From Slackia sp. (lineage in GTDB: Bacteria; Actinomycetota; Coriobacteriia; Coriobacteriales; Eggerthellaceae): 64,000 nucleotides of DNA. A model generated the notes under the pieces. It saw only the letters and a program-made list of their open reading frames with translations. It was not told the origin of the DNA and ran no database searches. Below are positions 29,803-39,248 of this stretch, piece by piece; position 1 is the first letter of the stretch; the number at the start of each line of letters is the position of its first letter. A program made the position numbers and the translations under genes. The stretch lies in assembly GCF_026168935.1 (NCBI RefSeq), contig NZ_JAPFDK010000007.1. One strand, written 5' to 3'.

Positions 29803-30346
29803 CATTACGACGAAAGATATCACGGAGTCCACGAACGACGACGCGTGGGAGCTTGCAAGACAAGGAGCCCCTACGGGCACGGTGGTGACGGCGCGCAGAC
29901 AGCGCGCCGGCCGCGGGCAATGGGGGCGCGTGTGGATGAGCCCCGAAGGCGGCCTGTACTTCTCGCTGATTATGCGGCCGAACACTCCCGAGCGGCAATG
30001 GCCTGCCTATAGCCGCCTTTTCGCAGAGGCCGTCGCTTCTGTGCTGCGCGAAGAATGCAGCGTGAGCGATAAGGAAATTCGCGTGAAGGCCCCCAATGAT
30101 GTCATTTGCGACCAAGGGAAGCTTTGCGGCATATCGCTCGAATCCCGAAGCGGCGTAATTGTGGTAGGCGTTGGCGTGAACGTATTTCATTCGGATCGTC
30201 CTATTCTGACTGACGGCCGCAACGAGCCCGCGTATGTATGCGACGTCGCCGAGGATTACATCGCTCCCTCGTATCGGGCTATCGACGACTTGCTGCAGCG
30301 TATCCTGAATGCCTTTGCGGTTGTTGTGGAAGCTCCCCTGAGGTAG
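29792..30346 (+). CDS. birA: Biotin-protein ligase catalytic domain protein (short BirA, no HTH)
   Basis: RAGRGQWGRVWMSPEGGLYFSL (the GRGRxGRxW motif) and KAPNDV are present. It is about 184 aa from the ATG at 29792 (SD ggtgagg) and overlaps the folK end by 11 nt. Confidence 0.75.
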   Translation: MQFSITTKDITESTNDDAWELARQGAPTGTVVTARRQRAGRGQWGRVWMSPEGGLYFSLIMRPNTPERQWPAYSRLFAEAVASVLREECSVSDKEIRVKAPNDVICDQGKLCGISLESRSGVIVVGVGVNVFHSDRPILTDGRNEPAYVCDVAEDYIAPSYRAIDDLLQRILNAFAVVVEAPLR

Positions 30347-30429
30347 CTTTTCGCAAGCCGCACGCGTCGTTACAATAAATTGTTTGCGTTTAAGCGATGG
30401 TTGTGACGGCGAAAAGGCGGTTCGAGCAT

Positions 30430-31962
30430 ATGAATCATACAATCGAAGAGAAAAACGGCGCACCCGAAGAGGTTTCTGGCTCCTCGTCGGGTGCGCCGTT
30501 GCATCATGGCGCGAAAGCGGACAAACAGGATGCGGTATCCGATCGCGTGAACAGGATGGGCACGGGCAGCATTCCCAAGCTTGTCGTGGAGTTCGCTATC
30601 CCCGCCATCTTGGGCATGGTGGTGAACGGCGCGTACAATCTCATTGACTCGGTCTTTCTGGGCCATGGCGCCGGCGAGATGGGCTTGTCGGCCATTACCG
30701 TTGCCTCTCCCACTATGACCATATTCCTTGCACTCGCGATGCTTATCGGCGCAGGCGGCAATGCTCTTTGCGCCCTTCGCCTCGGCGAAGGGAAGCACGA
30801 CGAGGCTGAGCATATTTTGGGCAATACGGCAACACTGGGCGTCATCGTGAGCGTGGCGCTTGCGGTGTTGGCGCACATCCCCTTTGTTGTGGAGCCGCTG
30901 CTGAACCTTTCTTCCGCTACTGAAGCGGTTCGCCCTTACGCGCGCGAGTTCATCCAGATTATCAGCCTGGGATGCGTATTCCAGGTGGTCGGCATGGGCT
31001 TGAATAACTTCATCCGCACGACGGGGGCCCCGAACCGAGCCCTGGTCACGATGCTTATCGGCGCGGTGGGCTGTACGATCTTCAACGCTATATTCGTGCT
31101 GTGGTTCGGCTGGGGCGTTGCGGGCAGCGCATGGGCAACCGTGTGCGGCCAAGCGGTCAGCTGTGCGACGGTTATTTGGTATTTCACAAAAACGCCCGGC
31201 GTTCCTTTGCGTTTGCGCCGTCGTTATTTCCCCGTCAAGGCGAAGCTGACGCGCAGCATCCTCTCTCTGGGTGCGGCATCGTTTTCCGTGCAGGCGGCAG
31301 GTGCCATCGTCGGTTTTCTCATCAATTTCATGCTGGTCAAATACGGGGCTCTCGACCCTATCGGCGCGGATAATGCGCTTGCTTCGGTCGGCGTGGTGCA
31401 GCGTATCGGCATGTTTGTCATCCTTCCTTTGATCGGTGTCTCCATAGCCATCCAGCCCTTGCTTGGCTTCAACTACGGCGCAAAGCTGTGGAATCGGGTG
31501 AAGACCACGCTTAACGTGGGCGTTGTGGGCGCGACGGTCATGGGTACGGTCATGTGGGTGCTCATCATGGCGTTTGCTCCGCAAATCGTGGGCTTCTTTG
31601 GCATCAAGGATCCCGTGCTCGTCGATTTCACGGCGTTTGCGTTGCGCGTGGATTTGATTTTCCTCCCCTTGATCGGCTTCCAGGTGGTTGGGTCGAATTA
31701 CTTCCAGGCAACGGGCCAGCCCATGAAGAGCATCGTTTTGTCGCTGACTCGTCAGATTTTGTTCCTGGTGCCGTTGCTGTTCCTGCTTCCCGAAGTGCTT
31801 CCTTCCATCGCCCCGATGCTCGACTCTTTGGACGCGGTGTATTTCGCCGTTCCCATCGCTGACGTTATCGCTGCGGTCACGGTGCTTGTTTTCGTCATCG
31901 TGGAACTTCGCAAGCTGAGGGGTCGTGCGCTGGACTCGAAAGGGGAGAGGGCCTATGCCTAA
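30430..31962 (+). CDS. MATE-family efflux transporter
   Basis: 12-TM ORF with a MATE-like N-terminus (IPKLVVEFAIPAILGMVVNGAYNLIDSVFLGH). The start is either 30430 or 30397. Confidence 0.85.
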   Translation: MNHTIEEKNGAPEEVSGSSSGAPLHHGAKADKQDAVSDRVNRMGTGSIPKLVVEFAIPAILGMVVNGAYNLIDSVFLGHGAGEMGLSAITVASPTMTIFLALAMLIGAGGNALCALRLGEGKHDEAEHILGNTATLGVIVSVALAVLAHIPFVVEPLLNLSSATEAVRPYAREFIQIISLGCVFQVVGMGLNNFIRTTGAPNRALVTMLIGAVGCTIFNAIFVLWFGWGVAGSAWATVCGQAVSCATVIWYFTKTPGVPLRLRRRYFPVKAKLTRSILSLGAASFSVQAAGAIVGFLINFMLVKYGALDPIGADNALASVGVVQRIGMFVILPLIGVSIAIQPLLGFNYGAKLWNRVKTTLNVGVVGATVMGTVMWVLIMAFAPQIVGFFGIKDPVLVDFTAFALRVDLIFLPLIGFQVVGSNYFQATGQPMKSIVLSLTRQILFLVPLLFLLPEVLPSIAPMLDSLDAVYFAVPIADVIAAVTVLVFVIVELRKLRGRALDSKGERAYA

Positions 31963-32788
31963 AAGCGAATCGGAAGCAGCGGCCGCATCGGCGCCGGATA
32001 AGGGTTCCTGCATCGACGTGCTTCCCAAGCTTGAACTACGCCATGTAAGCCAGCGCTACACGGGGGCCCGCGGGGAGACGCTTGCGCTCGATGGCATGGA
32101 TTTGCGTGTCGCTCCCGGCGAATCCGTGGCGATTCTCGGCCCTTCAGGATGCGGCAAGTCGACGAGCCTTCTTGTGGCATGCGGCCTGCAACGCCCTACC
32201 GACGGAAGCGTCCTCGTCGATGGCGAGGCCGTGAAATCTCCGCGCCTTGAAACAGCGTTGATTCTGCAAGATTTCGGCCTGATGCCGTGGAAGACGGTCG
32301 AGCAGAATGCCGCTTTGGGTCTGCAGGTGCGCCGTCTTCCGAAGAAGGAACGCATGGAACGTGCCCATGACGCCCTTCGCCGTGTGGGATTGGGCGATTT
32401 TTTCAAATCATACCCTGCCGAATTGTCTGGAGGCATGCGGCAACGCCTAGCCATGGCTCGGGCTCTTGCGTGCGATATTGATCTTCTGCTCATGGACGAG
32501 CCTCTGTCGGCGCTCGATGCGCTTCTGCGCGAGGAGATGCAGAACATGCTGAAGCATTGTTGGGTCGATCAGGGCTACGCGCAGGTGCTGGTGACACATT
32601 CGATTGAGGAGGCGGTCTTTCTCGGGCAGCGCGTTGTCGTCATGTCTGCTCGTCCTGGGAAAATTGTCTACGAGCTTGCAAACGAGGAGATGGTCGATTC
32701 CTCATGGCGCGATGATCCGCTGTATTTCGAACGTTGCCGTCTTCTTCGCGATGTCCTTCGTTCGAAGGAAGGAGCCTTCGATGCGTAA
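31955..32788 (+). CDS. ABC transporter ATP-binding protein (NitT/TauT aliphatic sulfonate/nitrate-type)
   Basis: [26 protein letters not shown] and LLLMDEPLSALD are present. The start at 31955 (SD aggggagagg) overlaps the MATE stop by 8 nt. Confidence 0.88.
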   Translation: MPKSESEAAAASAPDKGSCIDVLPKLELRHVSQRYTGARGETLALDGMDLRVAPGESVAILGPSGCGKSTSLLVACGLQRPTDGSVLVDGEAVKSPRLETALILQDFGLMPWKTVEQNAALGLQVRRLPKKERMERAHDALRRVGLGDFFKSYPAELSGGMRQRLAMARALACDIDLLLMDEPLSALDALLREEMQNMLKHCWVDQGYAQVLVTHSIEEAVFLGQRVVVMSARPGKIVYELANEEMVDSSWRDDPLYFERCRLLRDVLRSKEGAFDA

Positions 32789-33536
32789 AGAATGCGCTCG
32801 TAAAGCGCTCGGCTACGTTCTCGCCGTTGTTTTCATCCTCGCAGGCTGGGAGTTTACGGCCCTTGCCGTGAACAATGCCGCCTTGCCGGGTCCCTTCGAG
32901 GCCGTTCCTATGGTGGGGCTGTACTTCGACGACCTGTGGCCGGCGTTTCTGGTGAGTTTGTACCGTGTGGTTGCCGCAATGCTGATCGGTACGGTGCTTG
33001 CTATTCCTTTGGGCCTGGTCTGCGGCCGTTCGCCGCGTGTGGATGCGGTGTTCGCGCCCATTTTGTATTTCCTCTATCCGCTTCCGAAGGTCGTGCTGCT
33101 TCCTGTGCTGGTGGTCCTCATGGGCCTTGCCGACGCTCCGAAAATCGCGCTTATTGCCCTGACCATCTTCTTCCAGGTCTTGGTAACGGTGCGCGATGCG
33201 GCGCAAAGCGTGCCCGAAGAAAGCGTTGTATCCATGCGCTCGCTCGGCGCGGGGCGGCTCGACGTGTATCGCCACGTCATCGTGCCGGCTACGCTCCCGG
33301 AGCTTTTTACTGCTCTGCGTATTTCAAGCGGAACCGCAGTTGCCATCTTGTTTTTCGCGGAAAGCCTCGCCGGCTCCACAGGCCTGGGATATTTTATCGT
33401 TGACGCATGGGCGCTGCTTGCATATCCGAAGATGTTCGCAGGCATTATTGCCATGGCGTTGCTCGGGGTGATCTTGTACGAATTGTTCGATGTCGCAGAG
33501 CGCCGCTTGACGCGTTGGCGCCATGCGAGAAGCTAA
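32781..33536 (+). CDS. ABC transporter permease (BPD_transp_1, SsuC/TauC-like)
   Basis: 6-TM protein with the EAA-like loop (VRDAAQSVPEESVVSMRSLGAGRLDVYRHVIVPATLP). The start at 32781 (SD gaaggaagga) overlaps the ATPase stop. Confidence 0.85.
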   Translation: MRKECARKALGYVLAVVFILAGWEFTALAVNNAALPGPFEAVPMVGLYFDDLWPAFLVSLYRVVAAMLIGTVLAIPLGLVCGRSPRVDAVFAPILYFLYPLPKVVLLPVLVVLMGLADAPKIALIALTIFFQVLVTVRDAAQSVPEESVVSMRSLGAGRLDVYRHVIVPATLPELFTALRISSGTAVAILFFAESLAGSTGLGYFIVDAWALLAYPKMFAGIIAMALLGVILYELFDVAERRLTRWRHARS

Positions 33537-33617
33537 GCACTCAACGTCCCGGAGCATTCGATTCGAAGCAAGACGGCGTTCAAGAGCTTCTTCGACGAGG
33601 CTAGATTGCGAGCTGCT

Positions 33618-34181
33618 TTACTTGTGCGATTTGGATTTCACTTCGCTCATGGGCCTTACATTGGTGTGGGTGAGGCCGAAGGCAAGTCGGTCGATAAGCG
33701 CCGCATATGCCTTCGGCTCCGCGAGTTTCTCTCCGAAAACCATGATTTCGAAAAGGCCTCCGTCTTTGAATCCGCATCCTGAGGGTTTGAACCCGTTGTT
33801 GAGGTAGAACGCCCGCCTTGCCGAGCGCTTCTCGTTGTCGTTTGCGCGCGGATCGCGGGCCTCGATATCAAGTGCGATGGTCTTTCCCGGATAGCGCTGC
33901 TTCAAATCGTCGAGAATCTTGGTCCCATAGCCTTTCCCCCGTTGCCCGTCGGCCACGGCGATGTAATACAGGTAGACCGCATCCTCCGTTGCGAGCAGGC
34001 ATGCAAACCCGCAGAAAATATCTTCGTCGTAATATGCGACGATTTCCATCCCGTTCATATTCGAACGAAGCTTCAAAGACCAGAACGGCACGCGTTGCTC
34101 GATGGGAAATGCTGTTTCGTAGAGACGTTTAACGTTGCGCGTCGTGCCGCCGAGCATGGGTACTTTCTTCATAGTGAGCAT
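33618..34181 (-). CDS. GNAT-family N-acetyltransferase
   Basis: 187 aa from the ATG at 34181 (SD aggaga, 6-nt spacer). The acetyl-CoA motif is QRGKGYGTKILDDL. The 370-aa track ORF is an over-extension into the MFS gene. Confidence 0.8.
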   Translation of the reverse strand: MLTMKKVPMLGGTTRNVKRLYETAFPIEQRVPFWSLKLRSNMNGMEIVAYYDEDIFCGFACLLATEDAVYLYYIAVADGQRGKGYGTKILDDLKQRYPGKTIALDIEARDPRANDNEKRSARRAFYLNNGFKPSGCGFKDGGLFEIMVFGEKLAEPKAYAALIDRLAFGLTHTNVRPMSEVKSKSHK

Positions 34182-34234
34182 ATTGCTTCTCCTATCATGC
34201 ATTCCGTTTGTTGAGGGTGCGGGTCGTTTGGGAT

Positions 34235-35521
34235 TCAATTCGATGTATGGCCGGCGTCGGGGTGGTGAGACTTGAGGCCCTTCGTCTTGCGATGGCATTG
34301 CCGTTTCTCGGCGCCAATGCGAATCATGAGCGCGAAGGCGAAGATGAGCGACGCGAGCGCGCAAAGCACCGGGAGCGAGAAGGCGGCATCGAAGCCCGAT
34401 GCTTCGACGGCGCATCCCGCGAAAAACGCTCCTGACGACACGCCTACGCTTGTGGCGGTATTGAGCCAGGAGAACATCTCGGCCTGGCGCTCTTCGGGTG
34501 CGAGCAAACCGCTGAGCTGGTAATACAGGTTGTCGCAGGGTGCGCCTGCCATGCCTATGGCAAACATGACGACGCACATAGATGCTATCCCCTCGGCGAG
34601 AGGGGTCAGAATCGTGGTTGCAAGGAAGACGGCGGCAAAAAGAGGGAGCTGTTTGTGAATCGCAATGGTTCTCGGTTCTGGCTGGAAGCGATTGAACAGC
34701 ACGACGCCAAACGCTGCGCCTACTGACCATGCGGAAATAGCGATCGAGCCGAGCAATGCCGTGCCCTGATTCGAATAGAAGAGGGGGATAAGTGCCTCAA
34801 GCCAGCCCGAATAGCACATTTTCCCTAGGCAGACGAGGAGCAGCAGCCCTATCGCCAGGGTGAGTAATCGTGGTCGAGGAAGCGCCGCTGTCGAATCTCC
34901 ACGGGATAGGGCGCGTTTTCTATTGCGTGCCGCATGGGTTTTGACGGGGGTCAGCATGGAGAGGGAAAGGGAGCCCACGGTGCAGCCGACCGTGGCCGCG
35001 ATAAGCCCCCATTCGGGAATTCCGGCGGCAATGAACAAGCTGGCGAGTAGCGGCCCCATGACATAGATTAGATCAACGATAAGAACTTCGAAATTGTAAG
35101 CCGTTGAAACGAGTCCGATATCGAGCATAACGGGCCACAGCGATCGAGTGACGCCCGCGATGGGGGGAGTAAGCGCCCCGGCTGCGAATGAGCAGGCCAC
35201 AACGGCTAACGGATGAATCTCGGCCATAACGCCTCCCACGAGGCCGAGGATGGCGACAAGTTCGGCCACGCCGAGGATTCTCAGGGCAAGAGGGCCGCGT
35301 CCTTTGTCCACAAGTCGTCCGAATACTGGTCCGAAGCATGCGACGCCCGCGGTGAATGCCGCCGTTGCCATGCCAGACGCCGCAGCGCCGTAATGGACGC
35401 TGACGAAGAGCACCAGTATGAGCGTAACGATCCCCATAGGGAGTCGTGCGAGCGTCATGGACGCGATGATGCTCGGAACGTGCCTAGTGGACAAGAAAGC
35501 CCGATATCCCGTTTCCTGCAT
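34235..35521 (-). CDS. MFS transporter
   Basis: 428-aa, roughly 12-TM ORF with SD gaaggga. It lies upstream of, and is co-oriented with, the GNAT gene. Confidence 0.8.
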   Translation of the reverse strand: MQETGYRAFLSTRHVPSIIASMTLARLPMGIVTLILVLFVSVHYGAAASGMATAAFTAGVACFGPVFGRLVDKGRGPLALRILGVAELVAILGLVGGVMAEIHPLAVVACSFAAGALTPPIAGVTRSLWPVMLDIGLVSTAYNFEVLIVDLIYVMGPLLASLFIAAGIPEWGLIAATVGCTVGSLSLSMLTPVKTHAARNRKRALSRGDSTAALPRPRLLTLAIGLLLLVCLGKMCYSGWLEALIPLFYSNQGTALLGSIAISAWSVGAAFGVVLFNRFQPEPRTIAIHKQLPLFAAVFLATTILTPLAEGIASMCVVMFAIGMAGAPCDNLYYQLSGLLAPEERQAEMFSWLNTATSVGVSSGAFFAGCAVEASGFDAAFSLPVLCALASLIFAFALMIRIGAEKRQCHRKTKGLKSHHPDAGHTSN

Positions 35522-35659
35522 TGCGTTCCCTTCGGCGTGTTGGCTGGCGCGGTCAGTCGCGCTTTCCTGTGGCGCAATGCATTATAGAAAGACGGGCGTC
35601 GCCGTTCATCGCAAGAAGAAGAGTATTCAGGCAATTTTCAGCGCGGTGACGAGGCTACG

Positions 35660-36697
35660 CTACATCACATGCTCGTGGATGCTGGGAAGGGCAACGATGA
35701 AGCACGCGCCGCCTTCGGCGCGGTTGAATGCCTCGATGGTTCCATCATGCGCGTCGACGATACTCTTTGCAATGGCGAGGCCAAGCCCTGTGCCTCCGGT
35801 GTTGCGCGCGCGGGAATTGTCGCCGCGGTAGAACCGTGTGAATAAAAGCTTGGGATCGACGTTGCCGAATCCAGGCCCGTCGTCGAGCACGCTCACAATC
35901 GATTGCTCCGCGAGGCCTTCCAGTTTGATCGTGACGTGGCCGCCTTCTCCGATGAACCGGCAGGCGTTGGCAACAAGGTTGTAGACGACTTGCTGCAGGC
36001 GCTCTCGGACGCCGAGGACGTCGGGGGCTTCTCCGACAATCTCTATTGTGCCGCCGCGCTCTTCGACAAGGGGGAAAAGGGCGTCGGCCACATCTTCGGC
36101 GATGGCATGAAGGTTCACGCGCTGCATCATAACCTGGTCTGTCCCTTCTTCGATATGCTGAAGGGTGAGCAGTTCGTTCGCCATATGGGAAAGGCGCTCG
36201 GATTCGCTGATGATGGTGTGGCAGAAGCGTTCCCGCAAGGCTTGCGGCATATCGGGGTCCATGAGCGTCTCGGCGTTGCCGCGGATCGCCGTCAACGGCG
36301 TGCGCAGCTCGTGCGCGACATCGCTGATGAATTGGGTCTGGCGCTTCTGCTGCACGGCGAGGTCGCTCATCTTGGTTTTCGTCTGCTCGCTCAAAGCGGC
36401 GAAGTCTTGAGCGAGCAGGTCGGATTCGTGCATCTTTCCATCAGGTGCTATGACAACGCTTGCATCGCCGTCAAGAAGAGCTTCGGCGTTCCTGTGGAGC
36501 GAGGCGAGGGGGTCTGCCATGTAATGGCCGATGACGAGACTTACGATGAAGGCGAATGTAGTGCCGGCGAACATCAGCCAGATAAGCAGCCCCAGGTGCT
36601 CGAAGCCTACAAGCGCCACGGCAATAAGCATGGCAAGAGCGCCTGCCAAGGCGAAGATTCCCGTGAGGATGGAGAAATATGTCTGGAGGCGTTTCAC
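35660..36697 (-). CDS. Sensor histidine kinase (2 TM, HisKA plus HATPase_c)
   Basis: The H-box is HELRTPLTAIRGNAETL and the G2 box is GTGLGLAIAKSIVDAHDG. Confidence 0.9.
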   Translation of the reverse strand: MKRLQTYFSILTGIFALAGALAMLIAVALVGFEHLGLLIWLMFAGTTFAFIVSLVIGHYMADPLASLHRNAEALLDGDASVVIAPDGKMHESDLLAQDFAALSEQTKTKMSDLAVQQKRQTQFISDVAHELRTPLTAIRGNAETLMDPDMPQALRERFCHTIISESERLSHMANELLTLQHIEEGTDQVMMQRVNLHAIAEDVADALFPLVEERGGTIEIVGEAPDVLGVRERLQQVVYNLVANACRFIGEGGHVTIKLEGLAEQSIVSVLDDGPGFGNVDPKLLFTRFYRGDNSRARNTGGTGLGLAIAKSIVDAHDGTIEAFNRAEGGACFIVALPSIHEHVM

Positions 36698-36703
36698 TCG
36701 ATA

Positions 36704-37396
36704 TTACGCACGCAGGCGGTATCCGTATCCGCGCACGGTCTCTATGATGGCGGGGTCGAACCCGGCGGCGGAAAGCTTGTCGCGCAGGCGTTTGATATGG
36801 GTATCGACCGTCTTCGTTTCCGTGATGTACTCCCAGCCCCAGGCTTCACGCAGCAAGTCCTCGCGCGTGACGACCTTGCCAGCGTCCTTCATAAGGGCGG
36901 CGAGCAGTTCGAATTCGCGCGGGGTCAGGTCGATGGGGCCGTTTTCGCCCGTTGCCGTATGGCGGTCTTCGTCGAGCGTGATGCCAGACGCAGTGAGCGC
37001 GGTGGATTCCTGCTGGGCATCCATGGAGCCGCGGCGCAAAAGCGCACGCACGCGCGCGATGAGCTCGCGCACGCCGAACGGCTTGGCGAGGTAATCATCG
37101 CCTCCGATTTCGAGGCCGACGACCTTATCGAGCTCGGTGTCTCGGGCCGAAAGGAACAGAACGGGGGCGTTCGTCTTGCTGCGCAGGCGGCGGCAAAGCT
37201 CATAGCCGTCCATGCCCGGGAGCATGATGTCGAGAACGAACAGGTCGTAATGTTTATGCATGGCGGCCTGAAGGCCCTCTTCGCCGTTCGAGGCCACGTC
37301 GACCTTGAAGCCTTCTTTCATAAGGCTGTAGGAAACGAAGTCGGTGATGGATTGCTCGTCGTCTACGACAAGGATGGATTCTGCTTCTTCGTTCAT
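36704..37396 (-). CDS. OmpR/PhoB-family response regulator
   Basis: The receiver domain shows ILVVDDEQSI and DLFVLDIMLPGMDG. The winged-helix C-terminus ends VRGYGYRL. Confidence 0.92.
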   Translation of the reverse strand: MNEEAESILVVDDEQSITDFVSYSLMKEGFKVDVASNGEEGLQAAMHKHYDLFVLDIMLPGMDGYELCRRLRSKTNAPVLFLSARDTELDKVVGLEIGGDDYLAKPFGVRELIARVRALLRRGSMDAQQESTALTASGITLDEDRHTATGENGPIDLTPREFELLAALMKDAGKVVTREDLLREAWGWEYITETKTVDTHIKRLRDKLSAAGFDPAIIETVRGYGYRLRA

Positions 37397-37595
37397 GTCG
37401 TTCCTTTCGTCGAGGCAGCCTGGGTGTCTCGTCGTGCTGCGGGAATCGATGCTTTTGCGTCGGCTCGGTGGGTTTTATCATATCATGCATGAGAAACGAT
37501 GCCGCTCTGTAGCGCAAGAGTTGCCTTTGCGTTGCACACGCGTTGACGAATGTTAAGTTTTCAACGACGTCTCTTGATTGGTATGACGCTGCGTG

Positions 37596-39047
37596 TCACG
37601 GGCGCGATATGGCGGAAAGCACGATGTCGATCGCTTCTTGCTTGGAGTGGATGTCCAATTTTGCGTAAATGCGCTTTGTGTATCCCTTGACCGTGTTGCG
37701 AGCGAGGTACAGTTCATTGCATATGAACGATACGTCACGCCCGCGTGCAAGGAGAGACAAAATCTCGGTTTCTCTCTTCGTCAATCCGTGTTTTTTTGCA
37801 ATAAGCTCACAGGCGATATTGTACTCTCGCTCGGAGTTGCCGTCGAACGCTGCCGCTCGTAGCAGGGCGTTCTCTTCGTCGTGTTTTTCGATTTCGCTTT
37901 GTTGCTCTTCGATGATGCGCTCGTAGGAGCGACAGCGGTTTTCAAGCTCAATGCGGGAGGCGTTTGTTCTCCACGTTCGAGCGATGAAGGCCGTCGCGCC
38001 GATTGCGCAGGCGAGCCATGCCAATTCTCGTATGGCAACGCCGTTGCCGCCTGCAGCCCCGAGTGTGCTGGGGAGATAGAGGCCGAAGAAAAACAGCAGA
38101 TGCGATATTGCGTAAGCGCTTGCTATGCACGCTATGGCCGCGCGCGGCATGGCGGAAAGACGGTCGATGAACAGAGAAAAGAGCAAAAGTCCCGTTATTT
38201 GGAAAAAGGCGGAAAAGAGTAACACGGTTGCGCTGCCGGACAGCAGGCATGCAACGGCAGATGCTGCTACGACCCATTCGGAAACGGCTCCGTAATCGCG
38301 GCGTCTGCTGGTTACCACCCAAGCGATAAAGCAGAGGGCTCCGATGGGGGCTCCGATGGCGGAAGCGACTTCCGAGGCTGCTTCTCCCTCTGCGCCGCGA
38401 GAGAGGGCTATAAGCGCGCCGTAGGCCAGGGATGCGATTAGGTATCCTGCGCAGGGGGCGAGCCATTCTGTTTTTCCGAGGCTCAAAAAGCTTTTGGCTG
38501 AAGACTCCGCTCCTCCGCTTTCCGAAAAAAGACTGCTTGAATCAACGCGCAAAGCGCATATCGCCGATGTCGCGGTCAGGACGCATGCGGGGATGACGCC
38601 CGCGTCGAAGAAGATGGAAAAGCCTAGAAAAAGGCATTCGCCTGCTAAGGCTTGCCACCCTTGGACGATGGCCTGATGACGTTCCGTGAATTCGGTCAGA
38701 AGGGCGAACCAAAACATCATAGTGGGGGCAAGTCCCATTCCGCAAAGAACACCTGCAAGGGCGGGCGTTTCTGCATTGTTGCCAAGAATGGCGGGTGCAC
38801 ACAGACCGCAGAAAAGCCCCATGTATCCTATTGCCACACTTGCCATGTCGATTCTTCTTGGGGCCTTAAATGCGAGGATCGCTATGGCTATGAGCGAGAG
38901 ACACTTCGCTGGTAGAGCGTACGTATTGTAAGTTCGCAGCCATTCCGTGGATGCCCAGGGTGCAAGCGCGTCGGGGAAAAAGCAAATGACATTTACGCAG
39001 CAAAGCATCGAAAAACCCATGATGATGCGGACATGGTTGCCGTTCAT
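37596..39047 (-). CDS. LuxR-family regulator with polytopic N-terminal membrane domain
   Basis: 483 aa. About 10 hydrophobic helices are followed by a coiled linker and the C-terminal HTH LTKRETEILSLLARGRDVSFICNELYLARNTVKGYTKRIYAKLDIHSKQEAI. Confidence 0.85.
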   Translation of the reverse strand: MNGNHVRIIMGFSMLCCVNVICFFPDALAPWASTEWLRTYNTYALPAKCLSLIAIAILAFKAPRRIDMASVAIGYMGLFCGLCAPAILGNNAETPALAGVLCGMGLAPTMMFWFALLTEFTERHQAIVQGWQALAGECLFLGFSIFFDAGVIPACVLTATSAICALRVDSSSLFSESGGAESSAKSFLSLGKTEWLAPCAGYLIASLAYGALIALSRGAEGEAASEVASAIGAPIGALCFIAWVVTSRRRDYGAVSEWVVAASAVACLLSGSATVLLFSAFFQITGLLLFSLFIDRLSAMPRAAIACIASAYAISHLLFFFGLYLPSTLGAAGGNGVAIRELAWLACAIGATAFIARTWRTNASRIELENRCRSYERIIEEQQSEIEKHDEENALLRAAAFDGNSEREYNIACELIAKKHGLTKRETEILSLLARGRDVSFICNELYLARNTVKGYTKRIYAKLDIHSKQEAIDIVLSAISRP

Positions 39048-39248
39048 TTTTTTGCTGCCTCTCGTTTCTGCGCGTTCCTACTTCGTCTGCAAGGCTATCA
39101 CAGCGATGCTTTGTGCGGTGCTTGCGTTATGTGTCCAAGGTCAAAACCCCACCATAGGGGTCTAGTGTCAAATGCCTGATAAAACCATGATTTTTTTCGT
39201 ACGAAACGATACCGTCCCTCGGGGCTGTCATCAGGAGGAGGAAAGTTC

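Noticed and set aside
33618-34730. 370-aa track ORF that suggests a large protein.
   Set aside because: Only the C-terminal 187 aa (from the ATG at 34181, with a strong SD) are GNAT-like. The N-terminal part overlaps the 3-prime end of the MFS gene in another frame and has junk composition.
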